DNA of 64,000 nucleotides from Balanoglossus misakiensis (Eukaryota > Animalia > Hemichordata): contig CM082578.2 in NCBI GenBank assembly GCA_040954595.2, positions 11,477,166 to 11,541,165 on the forward strand, read 5' to 3'. This document shows positions 47,807 through 59,900 of this stretch, piece after piece; the first letter of the stretch is position 1; each line of letters opens with the position of its first letter. Position numbers and translations under genes: made by a program. Under the pieces are notes generated by a model that saw only the letters and a list, made by a program, of their open reading frames with translations, was not told where the DNA came from and ran no database searches.

Positions 47807-48014
47807 GTCAACATCTTGAGAGGACGTGTTGCTCAGTGTACTACACCAATAAGCACAGCCTTAAAAACGAAGATTTGCAATGTACGCACTCAAGTAGCAG
47901 TATTGTGACTTCAGAATGTGGCAAAGTTTCCTCCGATCAACTGCGATCATTCAGAATTTGGCAAAGAAGCAGCCTGGATCACAATCGATCACGAGTTTAT
48001 CATCAAGGCTGTAT

Positions 48015-48078
48015 GGGCCAAAGTTCATTGCACCTGCGCATCACGATTTGACCTGATATGACCCTGGGCAATGAGTCA
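48015..48078. promoter_or_regulatory. Nuclear-receptor DR1 and DR4 plus AP-1 motif cluster in the GSAP/IRAK4 divergent promoter
   Basis: GGGCCA-A-AGTTCA (48015-48027), TGACCT-GATA-TGACCC (48049-48064), TGAGTCA (48072-48078). Confidence 0.5.
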
Positions 48079-48649
48079 TTCTGTATCAAAGTTTTCCCCG
48101 TTCTGCGTTCGCAATCGCACTTTTACCTACCCTTCCTCGCGTGCAACAGGCGTTCCCGTTTCCAAAGTGTTTGTATGAAGATGTAACATTTGAAGTTCTA
48201 ACAGCCTATCGCTTGACATTCACTTAAACAAACGATACCGAGGGGCAGAATCCAAGGTAAGAGGTCTTGCACTGTCCCATGGCATGTACGTGTACGTGTA
48301 CCGGATCCTGCACGAAATGTTTTTCTTTGCTACATTTTACTTCCGCGTCGTCGCAAAATATTGTCGTACGACTCGTAATTGCCCTCTTTGACAGTAGAAT
48401 GTTGGCGAATCAAGTCATCTATAGCGATGTGAACTTTTGGTACCTTTGGTACTGCGTCAAACTCAAACTCGGTAGCTTTTTCGCCGGGTGGAATCGTTGT
48501 TGTTTTTGTCGAACACTTCCGCTTTTGACGTGTGAGTGGCACTTCTACATGGACCAAGTAGCCCTAATCGAGATCACTTCATTTATAAATACAATTCAGC
48601 ACCTGATTCAGGCCTTTGCTTTTATTTTGTTGTTACAGAAAACTGCACT

Positions 48650-51600
48650 ATGTCTTCAAGACAAGTGAAACCAGAAACCTACATCAGGTCAATGCCATTT
48701 GGAATATTTCGGCAGCTGTCTTATATACTGGACCTGCCCAGTCCTCTTCACCGGAACTGGGAGGCTGTAGCATCAGCCGTACCAAGGTCCAGGGGAAGTG
48801 ATCAATTGAAATATTCACCACATCAAATACTGTAAGTTTTTATCAAGCTAATCTTGATGTAATGCTGTGTTTTCTTCTTGGCTGTTGTATTGTAGGATGT
48901 AAAATTGTAAGCTCAGCCTCAGGCGATGTTTTATATGCGTTACATACATCATTAGATTAGAAATTCACAGAATTACATGTTTATTTTTCTCATTTTTGTG
49001 TTTCTAAGTATGTTTCGGCAAGAACTGCAGAGGCCGAACGGAAGCCCAACAATATCTCTGCTACAAGACTGGGGCACCCAGAATGCAACAGCTCAAGATC
49101 TAGTTGATATCTTGTTGAATGTGGAGTTATATTCAGCAGCAGAGATTGTCCTTCCTGGTAAGGAGAACTCATTAAAAAAATATCTTTTCACATTGATTTT
49201 TGTTGTCTGTTACCTGTGTCAGAGTTTGAAATTCTTCAAATATGATAAGACCATTGTAAGTTTTGTTTGAAATTGTAGTTTGATGGCAGTGGAATTAGAA
49301 TTATTTTGTTTTGTTATTTTCTTTAGAGTATACAAGGATTAAGAGACACCAGCAAGAGGAGTCACAGTTGAATGATGGTTACGCAGAACAGCCGACAGAA
49401 AACTACTCATTTCCACCTGATTCGCCTATGTCTGCAGATGATACAGACAGCAATAAAAGCTCACACATACAGGTTGAGAGCTCAAGCCCAGGATCGACCT
49501 CAGGAACTGCCAAAGTGTCGAGTTCAGAAAAAAGCGAAGTTTCTGAACGCATCGAGAGTGATTCTGTGAGTTCGCCAGATGTTGATTCATCACAGGACAG
49601 CCCGCGTCAACTGCAGACCAACCGAGACAGCACTGAAGAGAAGACGCAGGTTGATGACGTTGGCAGCACATCGACGAGAGAGCAGATCAGCGAGTCGGAC
49701 AAGGCCAAGACCAAAGAAGCTGTGGGTGAAGCCCAACAGTCCTTAGAGGAGTCTGTATCGGATGGTGGGTGTTTCGTTAGTTGCAGAGGCCCTCTAGAGG
49801 TGTTCTGGAACACTAGAATTCTTTTGTTTTTTCTCATTCAACTTTCAGCAGGTACTAGTTCAAACTATACACAGCTTACACAGAACTATATATCTAAAAA
49901 GGAATATCAAATGTTAGGCAGAGTTCACTGATATGCATCTCTGAACTTTTTTTAACTCACAGCAAAAGTATTCCCGTATTCGGTGCTGTCCCAAATGACC
50001 AATGATTTCAATGCGCTATCGGCCAGAGAAGGCGGTAACAGAATTGGTGAGGGGTCGTTTGGAGAAGTCTATGTTGGCACACAAGAAGATGGCAAGCGAG
50101 TTGCTGTGAAGAAACTCAAAGAGGTAACGTCTCCCATTGCAGATAAAAGAAACATGATAATGAATTAAAGTACCTGCACTCCACATCTCCACTGGAAACT
50201 GATCCAAATGTTCAATTCCCAGACATTCAAATATCAGTTTTATCACACACAATGACAGACTGTGGCTAAAGAAATTCATATAGGCTATTGCTCTAGTGTT
50301 AAACAACATAAAATAAAAAGCAAGACTATCCATAAAACTATTTATTTAAGGACTTAATATAAATGAAGCTCATACTAACATTTTTTGTAGTTCTGCACGA
50401 CCTTCACTTCACGTTATAATTTACCCTTTTTGTTGTTTGCAGGGCCATACAGACCACTTGAAGAAAATAGTGAACCAGTTCAAGACTGAAGTTGAAGTGC
50501 TGTCAAAGTATGTATGAGAGGTCTTGCAATCTTCACCTGTGTTGGGGTAACTGAATGAGACTGTACCTCTCCCCCAAAGCAATGTGTGATACCCATAACC
50601 GCCCCCGCCATAGCTTTGAAAATCAAGCTGTACTCGACCTACTTCCAAGAGCAACTGAGTCGATGCAAAAAACTGCACACCCACACAAACAGAAGTGAAA
50701 GTCAAAAGGTGAAGATTCTCCAAACATAGTAACTAAAGAACCATCAGTTGCTCACTGATGTCCTTAATCTTTCCATCTGACAGGTACAAACATGAGAACA
50801 TAGTCAACTTTCTGGGCTACTCCTGTGATGGTCATCGATTCTGCTTGGTTTACAAGTACATGCCGAACGGCTCGCTGGAAGACAGGTTGTGCTGCAGAGG
50901 AGGTACACGGCCGCTGGAGTGGACACTGAGGCTGAATATCGCCAGAGATGTAGCACGCGGCATCTGTTACTTGCACAGGCAAAACCTTATCCACCGAGAC
51001 ATAAAGAGGTATGCTGTTTTACAAATAACAACTAATAATGTCATTTACAGTACTGCTGGGTATATTGCATTCTACACCATAGAAAAAAATAGCAATGTTG
51101 TCATATACCACTGTGGTTCTTAGTAACAAAACAAAAATCAGAGATACTTTTGATTACATCACTATGGGTTTTTTTATTTTTCAGTGCCAATGTTCTGCTT
51201 GACGAAGACTTTGTGGCCAAAGTTGCCGATTTTGGACTGGTCCGCTCGGGTCCCACCGATCCTTCCACAAGCGTTGCTTTCACAACCACAGTGTTTGGCA
51301 CGGGACCCTATATGCCGAAGGAGGCATTCCACGGCACCGTTACAACAAAACTGGACACGTACAGCTACGGTGTGGTAAGTCAAGACACAAATATCCCTGG
51401 AAAGAGTACATGTACGTGACATGAGGAGTTCTAGTATTTGTCAAGTATTTTGGTATCGCTGGAAAATATGTATCAGTTACAACTGACATGTATCTGAATA
51501 CAGCTGACAGTGAGCAACATGCAGCATGGTGTATCTTTATTGGTGGAAATACATTTCTATACGTGTGTCCTTGAATTGGTGGGGTTGAACGTATCAATTA

Positions 51601-52280
51601 GAAACATCAATTACTGAAAATACATACTTGTATTATTGAGTAATGTCTATCATGTCGTTTCGTGTCTCAGGTACTGCTGGAAATGATGACTGGCCTGCCG
51701 GTGTACGATGACAACAGAGACAACCGAGATTTGCCATCGCACGTCGAAGATCACTGCGACTCCGATGAGGAATTCCTCAGTATTGTCGACATGAGCCTGC
51801 AGTACGACGAAATCACCATGACCAAACTCTATCAAGTTGCCGCAGCGTGCATCAACAACAATCGGAAAAGAAGGCCAGAGATGTCAGAGGTTTGTATTAC
51901 TTTATATTGTGTTAATGTCTCCCGGAAAAGTCCTGGAATTTTGAATGAGTACAGTACAGTACAGTACAGTACAGTACAGTACAGTACAGAACAGTACAGT
52001 ACAGTACAGCATTCTCACATCATGTATAAAGGCATTTAATGTAAATCCTTTGATGACATAATTTGTGCTGTGTCCCTTAAATGATGTCATCAGTGCAAGC
52101 GCTGTCAACCAATCATTTAGCATGTTCCATATGGTAGAATAACATAACTTGGAGCCAAACTCCTGCTGGGATATTTGTAATTTCTGTAGCTACATGAAGT
52201 GTCGTTGATTGAATTCTGTCTGTGATTTTCCTGTGTTTCAGGTGCTTCCAAAAATAGAGCTGATTGTAGACAGTGAGTGA
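48650..52280 (+). CDS. IRAK4: Interleukin-1 receptor-associated kinase 4-like (death domain + RD kinase)
   Basis: Death domain MSSRQVKPETYIRSMP..SPTISLLQDWGTQNATAQDLVDIL, then a Ser/acidic linker. Kinase: GGNRIGEGSFGEVY..VAVKKL..HENIVNFLGYSCDGHRFCLVY (Tyr gatekeeper)..[62 protein letters not shown]. Stop at 52278-52280; probable non-coding first exon with donor at ~48257. Confidence 0.9.
51948..52009. repeat. (AGTAC)n pentanucleotide microsatellite in the last IRAK4 intron
   Basis: About 12 units with one interruption, read directly. Confidence 0.9.
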
Positions 52281-53920
52281 GTGAGTGACGAATCCGCAGA
52301 GAAAATCATCATGTATGAGAAGACAGCTTTCGGAAAAAGACCAGATTAAATGGCGCCAGGTTTACAAGACTTAAAGGACATTTACAAGAGTAATTCTGCC
52401 GCTCGTGTGAATGCAATCATAGTCTTCTCCACTCAAAAAAAGGACTTTAATGATCGTATATAAAATGTTTTTCAACAGCTACTGATGGAGCAATCAGTGG
52501 AATTTTTAAAAATCATTCCAATTTTTATACAAATTGATAATTATATCACTACTAGAAAAATTAGATGCTATATATTAGGTGCTGTATATATATTGGGGGT
52601 TGACCGTTTTGTGAGATTTTATCATCGACAGTCTGTGTGGTGGATTGGAGAGCCAAAAAAGGTAGTCAATCATTGTTTCAAATGATGTGACTTGATTAAT
52701 GAAAGAATGATGCTTCTTGTCTATCATGGATGCTGGAGTTCTGTCTCAGCAGCTTGGAAAAACATAAGCTTGATCATTGGACAACTCCTCGGCTGGGCCA
52801 TAGGGATTTTGAAATTAGTTTTTATTGTTCAAGTCAGCAAAAAAAGTTAACAGTGAAGAATGAGTTCATACCCTATGCAACTCATGCTGCAATATCAAAT
52901 TAATGTATACAGCTCTATGTGAACATTCAGGGGTATATATGAACATGTTACAGGCCTGGATGAAATCTGTCCAACTTATACATGCAGTTGACATGGGGCT
53001 CTGGTTGAGTGACTGTAATTCTGGGTTAATATTTTATATTAAAAACACCCATTTGAGCAAATTCTCCTAAATTGAGTGAGATGACCTTGCACAGTGAGTT
53101 TTATTTAAAGGAAGACAAAAACATCTTGGGATATGTGTCCATCTTCCTGCAAACTTTTTTGTTATCACTGTTTACAGTGGCAAGGTGATCTTGTTAGCCA
53201 ATTGAACTGGAAGATTAAAGAATCATAAAGTTTGAATTCTCCTTTGTTTATTAAAATATGAACATTGATAATTGTTGTGGCAAGATTCCAACAAATCGCA
53301 CAGACTGCAAATTGCCTTGAAGTACCAATAGGGGGGTCCATCAGAGAAAGAATGTGAAGTTGCGGGCCCATCCCCGACCATGTTAACTGAATGCTTATTT
53401 TTACGCTAGTTGTGCAGTGTCACAACTTTGTTACACTAAAAAAATCACGTCTCATCCATCTCTCGTCAGATAGCCCAGTAAGGGCCCGAAACATTGACTT
53501 CACATTTAAAAAAAATAACCTCTCGGTCGCGGGCCTATGGTGACATCACCAAAAGCCAATAAACCGGGAGATTTGTAACGTGATTGTTTGTGTGTGAGCC
53601 ATCAATCTTTCGGCGCCAATATCCGATGTTTGACACAAATAACCCCGTGGTAAATTCACAACAATATCGCTGGGGTGTATGTATACACATCTCTGTATAC
53701 AAACAGTTTGCCAAATATGATCAAGGGTCTGACCCACGACACACATGTGGTCCTATAAAGGACTGGGTTAAAGTAAACCAAGGGTCACCGAAGACCAATC
53801 TTGGCAAACCTTTCTCAGTGTATAAACTGTCAGTTATCATCTACGTTTTGGCACTTGTCTCTTGTGGAAGAGGGAAGGCCCATCTGATCTCTGGCACTCT
53901 CTGGCAGTTTAGTCGAAATC

Positions 53921-56900
53921 ATGGCGAGCGGTCATCTGGTTTTCCACCTTGCAGTAACGTGCTTTCTTCTCCTGGGATCTGGTGAGTCTCGGTTGTTTAA
54001 AATCAAACAAGCGTCATATACAGTTGAATATATTGGTATTTTTTTCTTGTTGATTGTAAATATGTCAAGATTATTTTAATTTTATTGGTTTCGCGGAGTC
54101 GTATATTATTCATAGTCTGATTTTATTTCATTTGAAAAGTACATAGTGGGAAAGCAAGCGAAAATAATATGGTTCCTTCGAAAGATTCTTTTTCTGAGCC
54201 TGAGCTCAGGTTTGACGTTTGGTCGGTTTTCATTTCCAAACCACTGCAACGATTCCGTTATTTATATGCATATGTTCAAAACATATGTCTAAACCTCGGG
54301 AACTACAGCTGGATAATTTTAACCATATGCGGACTTCTTATCCATGCACAATGCATGCGAGTCTAGAACATGTGATACCGACGGGTTGAAAACAGGTTTC
54401 AAATGCATACTATATCTGCTGATCAATTTTAATGTTATTCGTGTATGTCGTGTATTGCAGCCCCGGTTTAGTAAATACTCATCCGAGCGGATGTACGTAT
54501 TTACATTGTAAATGTAATCGGCCAATGAAATGACGGAATCGCTTTTGCTCGACATCTTGAACTTTATAAAAGTGCGGCTGCAGAATGTTTTTAAACCTTG
54601 GCCGAGAGATATATTGAATGCCAATTTGTTTTTGACATGACCAATGTCAAGCGGATGGAAAGGTTATAGGCTGCTTTGATCTTTGGCCTGATAACCCTGA
54701 CTACAGATGAGAACAAACACTCTTCAGAGGTATCACTTTGGTATTTCAATGATTTTTCACGAGCAACGTTGGCAATATTCGTGAACTTCTCTATTCAGAA
54801 TCACAAGCAAACTAGCAACGTGTTCGTCAAGGCCGTCGGATCCGGCTCCTTGTTCCATCCACAAGCGCTCGCAGTGTTGCTTGGATAGTCTATCGGGGTC
54901 CTTTGGCCGGGAGGGCGAGGCCGAACCTCAGTTAGTATAGCACACGACACACACTCTAGGGTATCGGCTACCGGTAGACTTTCCATGCAAGTAACGCAAC
55001 ACTGCAAGCGTCTGTGGTTCCATTATTAAGGGCACGAGTGCAATTAGGCCTATGGTTTGAAAAAAATATGACCAGTCATCAATCATCACAAAAATCGCGC
55101 CAATGAAATAAAAACAAATCCGTGAGTTCAGTCACGCGATTAGAAACAGACCAAGCAGTTTGACGGATGAGGTATTAAGTTTTATGACTGAAAAGTATGT
55201 AGGGGGTATTCTCGTGTACGTCCTGATGAAAGATTTAAAAAACGTGATGGACAGGACATTGTTTCGTGCATGGTACGACCAACATGATATATGACTGCTT
55301 TTCTGGGTCATCTCTCCGCGAAGTTCGGACAGCTATCCAGCTTGAGGTCCGTCTCAAGTCCACCGCACCAACCAACGTACAAATTCATGTACGTTGAAAA
55401 AAAAGCATGCGCGTAATTTGATTAGGGCAACCTCTTCTTAAATTTTGTTTCTCATCGTGAACTTCTTGGCCGGAAAAGTGGGTCGGTCGGTCGCAAAAAA
55501 ATGAAAAGAAAAGACAAAACTTGATGCATGGACATATTTTGTTATCAAAATCACGGAACCTTTTAAAGTTAAACAATGCAGGGATGCAAGGAAACACAAA
55601 CCGTTAATATATGACATCTTGCGCGCAGAACGACTTCTGAAACCTGCACGCATTCCAAATTTGACCACAGAAGGTGCAATTTGGTTGTGGCCATACCCCT
55701 AAAGTAATGCCAGTTGTCTGGTAAAATAATACGGTGCAGAAAAAAGAAATACAATGATATACAATGCAACGTTCGAAAAGCGTTAATTTTGTTGTTGGCC
55801 ATCTAGTTCATTTGTCGGTTTTATGGTCCGATCGACAGCTTTCTCTGATGGCGACCTGGCTGACAACCCGCCGACTGACGTCACTGTTGAAGTTGTGACT
55901 TTATTCAAAGTGCGACTGACTTGGAATGACCCGTATGTAGATTTGGCACGAGGACCCGTTGTGTACACTATAGAATACCAAGCCGTTTATCCCGAAACGG
56001 CCTGGACAGGGTATGTGGTCTTTTCATCTTTATCAGGTCTGTGACTTCAGGAAACTGCAACGGGCACAGCACATTGTTTTTGCCGCACATTTTCTTCTTC
56101 AACATGTGCTACTTGTGCGACCATATAGACGGACCACTGTACTGGTGGATTGACTGACTACTCTGCAAAGCCTGGTATTTACTGAAAGATAATACAAGTA
56201 TGTCCAAAATAAAACCGAAGCTTCTGTATTGATCTTGGTCCACTGAAGTCAATCGAGAGTCATGGACGTGATTTTCGTCTGCCTGTCTTGTTTCTCTGTC
56301 TTTAGCCACCCGCGTCATTATATTCACCCACCCACCCACCCACCCATCCTTCCATCCATCCATCCATCCATCCATCCATCCATCCATCCATCCATCCACT
56401 AATCCGCTAATCTGACCATAGACTGACTTTGATGTTTTTGAACCTGACTGCAGTGTCAAGTACCACGAGGTTATCGATACACAGGAAACCACCCTCTCGT
56501 ACGGATTATCCCCCTTCACTCGCTATCAGTTTAGAATTCGCAAGAGCGATGATGAAGTAACGGGACCGTATGGCGAGCCCATCTATGCTACTACAGCCGT
56601 CATTGGAGGTAGGTACCTAAAGAGTCAGACATCGGGACGCTGCGTATGCCTTCTTGATCGTATGCCTTCTTGATCACTGAACAAAACTGCCGTGGACACA
56701 TGTTGTTAGAGAGGTCTAGCAATCGCGACTCACGCCCGCTTACCCGATGAAAGGTAATTACAGTAAAAGATGCGAAACTTGCCTCCAGGTTGAACGACGG
56801 GTCCTAACACAACAGATCCGAATAATTCTACTTCTCCTTCTCAGGTCGCAATTCCCCTATACTTAAACCACACGTGGTCAAAGTCGAAGAGGCTGGCAGA

Positions 56901-59900
56901 TCAGAATCGGGAATTGACGTCACAGTCACGTTTAGGTCAGTCAGTGCACGTGGGTTTGAACACACAGGTGAGAAACTGAATATTGTCAGATGAGTGCATT
57001 AAAAGAATTGTAGCTTTAGTTCAAATACTCAAAATTGACTTTGCCGCGTTCTAATCTGTTAGGCACTGAAATAATATCTTATTTTACCCTTCTTAATCTT
57101 TTCAGGGAACTTGGTATTTTATTCTGATGACTCGACTTCTCCCGACCACCTGTCTTGGCCAGTCGTTCGTGTGGACGACACGGAAAACCAGTCGCCGCTT
57201 ATCCGTGGACTGCAACCAGGGTCACGCTATGTATTCGTCGTCCAAAACTTCAACATGAGAGGAGCCGGGCCTCTGTCTGACCGACTGTACTATGACGTAC
57301 CGCCAATGCAAATGCCAGTAGAGTTGATCGGTATCTAAGAATTTAAGTTCCTGTCAAATTCATTGTCGTGCGGAATATGTTTCCGACGAGGTGGGGAGGG
57401 AAGGAGAGAGGGAGGGAGATGGGGAGGGAAGGAGCGAAGGGGTGGGATTTGGTGGATCGGTGGATGAAGCGGCTTGGATATGTCTGGATAGATTGGTGCA
57501 TGTATTGAGTAGATGATTGGATATTAATATAGTGTGCGTGTATTTCAGATTGTTTTTGAACTTCAATTACATGTATTCTTGTTTGTATCATCCTATGACA
57601 ACTACAGAGCCACCAGAAGCTTTGCCTCCAATCAAGGCTCCCTCCGGATTATCTGTCTCTTCTGGCAGTGAATCAGGCAGTGTTAACGTGCGATTTGAAC
57701 CACTGGAACTTGGGAACATCGAAGGTGGGTGTTCATTGATCGTCGCGGGGAAATGCGAAAGCAAAACAAATCTAGATGCGCGAATTGCCCTTTCACCAAA
57801 CATGACGTTTGTACTTGAGCGCACAAATGTAGAAAATTGTCAAAACCCGCTGCCATGTATGGCGCGTTCTATCTATCTGCAAATTGATTACTTTTCCGAC
57901 AGCGTACATCGTGACCTACGGAGACGACAGGGGCAGCCTACCGTCAACAATAATGATGGCCAGTACAGCGAATCCCTCCATAACCATAAGAGATCTGGTC
58001 CCACGTGCCACGTATAGCTTCAGCGTCAAGGCGATGAACAGATACGGTCATGGACCCGAATCCGCCACAGCCACATTCTCCGTTCCCCCAGGTAGGTTAA
58101 TAGTGAAATTTTACCATTGACATGTTTACTTTGCTTGAAGTTCCCTCTCACATATTTTCTGTAATAAAGTTTTCAAAATCTTCACGTTACTGGAAATTGG
58201 GAGTCAGTTGGTAGTCTTACGTTGTTTATATCTAACCATAGACAGTAAATCTACGGCCTATGATCTAACACACCTGATCTGTAAACTGCAGTCTATGCTT
58301 AGTATGGGGACCAGTATGCGCCACGCGAAGTACTGCGCATTTTATTTGACATACCTCACAAATCAACATATTAAAGAGAACGTGTTTTGTGTTTTTTTTC
58401 ATCAGAAAGTGCGCCACCGGCACCTAGATCTGGAATCTGTCCCTCCATGGACAGTTATCGAAGTTGTCTAGATGAATGTCACGTGGCCACAGATTGTTCC
58501 AATGGCAAGATCTGTTGCTACAACGGATGCGGACGAAATTGCGTTTACCCAGTCGATACCCGGCAACCGGGTAAGAATGGACCTTTAACCTCTCCCCCCC
58601 CCCCTCTTTGCCATCCCCAGTGTAATATCAGACTGCAAATCTTCGCTTTCCGATCCACCAAAGCAGGCGTCAGTTGTCACGGTCTACACAATTAAAGAAG
58701 AATCACACTGCCTCGCACGGCAATCTTCATTTAAGTGACATAGTTACTAACGTTTAGCATGTTGGGCACTCAGGCTGATGATTTTCATTTCTCTTGCCGA
58801 GTGAGTGCGCATGTAACAGGCTCCGATATATCACTTTCATTCCTTCTATCACTTTTAGAAAATGTATCACAAAAATGCAGCCTTATACGAACTTACAGCA
58901 ATCATTTCAATCGTGTTAAAGTCATGCTCAGCAAACCTAACACTATGTAACTCGTGCATCTCTGATCTTTGCGAAAGAACCCATACACGGGGCAGCTTGC
59001 CCGCAATTGCAGCCACCGGCACACGGGAGCGTCCGTTGTTCTAACGGCAACAAAATCAACTCGGTGTGCTATTACATCTGTGACCCCCGGTACATAGTAG
59101 ACGGAAGCAGCTCCCGTACCTGCAGCGGTGAACTTAAGTGGTCTGGAAGTGATTCGGTCTGCACGCCAGGTCAGGATTGCTGAAAAAGCAACCATTGCCA
59201 TCTTTGCTTGTTTTTCAGAAACAGGTGCACAGTCAACTGCTAGCATGATAAAAGTAAAAGGAAAGCTTGGAGAAGCTGAGACAAGAAATGTCAGAGTAGT
59301 TGAACAACTAAGCCCTAAACACCTATTTTTTTCTGCAAATCTTTTCACGTTAAAGCTTCGTTACTTCTGGTTGTTTTTATGGATTTTTTTTTCTGCCTGT
59401 CAACTTGTTTTTCGAATCCCTAAAGCACGCACATAAGGTGAAATGCCCAGTAAGCTTATTTTATCAACAAAGCCAATGTGTATATATACAGTATTGATAT
59501 TGCTAATAACATTTGAATTCAAGTCCTGACATGAATTAATTTACCTTCGATAACCGTACAGACTATGTTGACCGTCTGTCTATCTCGGGATTTATTTTAC
59601 CCTGTTACCAATAGGTCTCAACCTCAAAATAGGTAAAAACTCGCTTTCTTGATGAAAATGAAAAAATGATAACCGCACACACTTTTTTATATATTTACCA
59701 CATTTCTTCTTTGAATAAAGTTAATCAGCGTGGACCTCCGTCATCACCTCCGCTTAACCTGCTGGTGACAGTGCAAAGCCCAACAACAGCTCTTGTTAGT
59801 TGGACCCCTCCAGAAGGTTACGTTTCCCGTAAGTCTCATTTCCAGTCGTTTTCTGAACATTTCTGTCTTCTCGTCTTGGTTTGCATTCGAATTCTTAATC

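Noticed and set aside
48330-48557. Protein-looking antisense ORF in IRAK4 intron 1
   Set aside because: Short, no true ATG start, no recognisable domain, and located in a CpG-rich promoter-proximal region where chance ORFs are common.
55420-55705. Possible MITE containing GGGTCGGTCGGTC in intron 1 of the SOD fusion gene
   Set aside because: The terminal inverted repeats are too short and imperfect to call without a repeat library.
56936-56941. Apparent frameshift or stop in the second FN3 if the GTCAGT donor at 56936 is used
   Set aside because: The donor at 56968 (CAG|GTGAGA) restores phase 1 and an open frame, so the gene is not a pseudogene.
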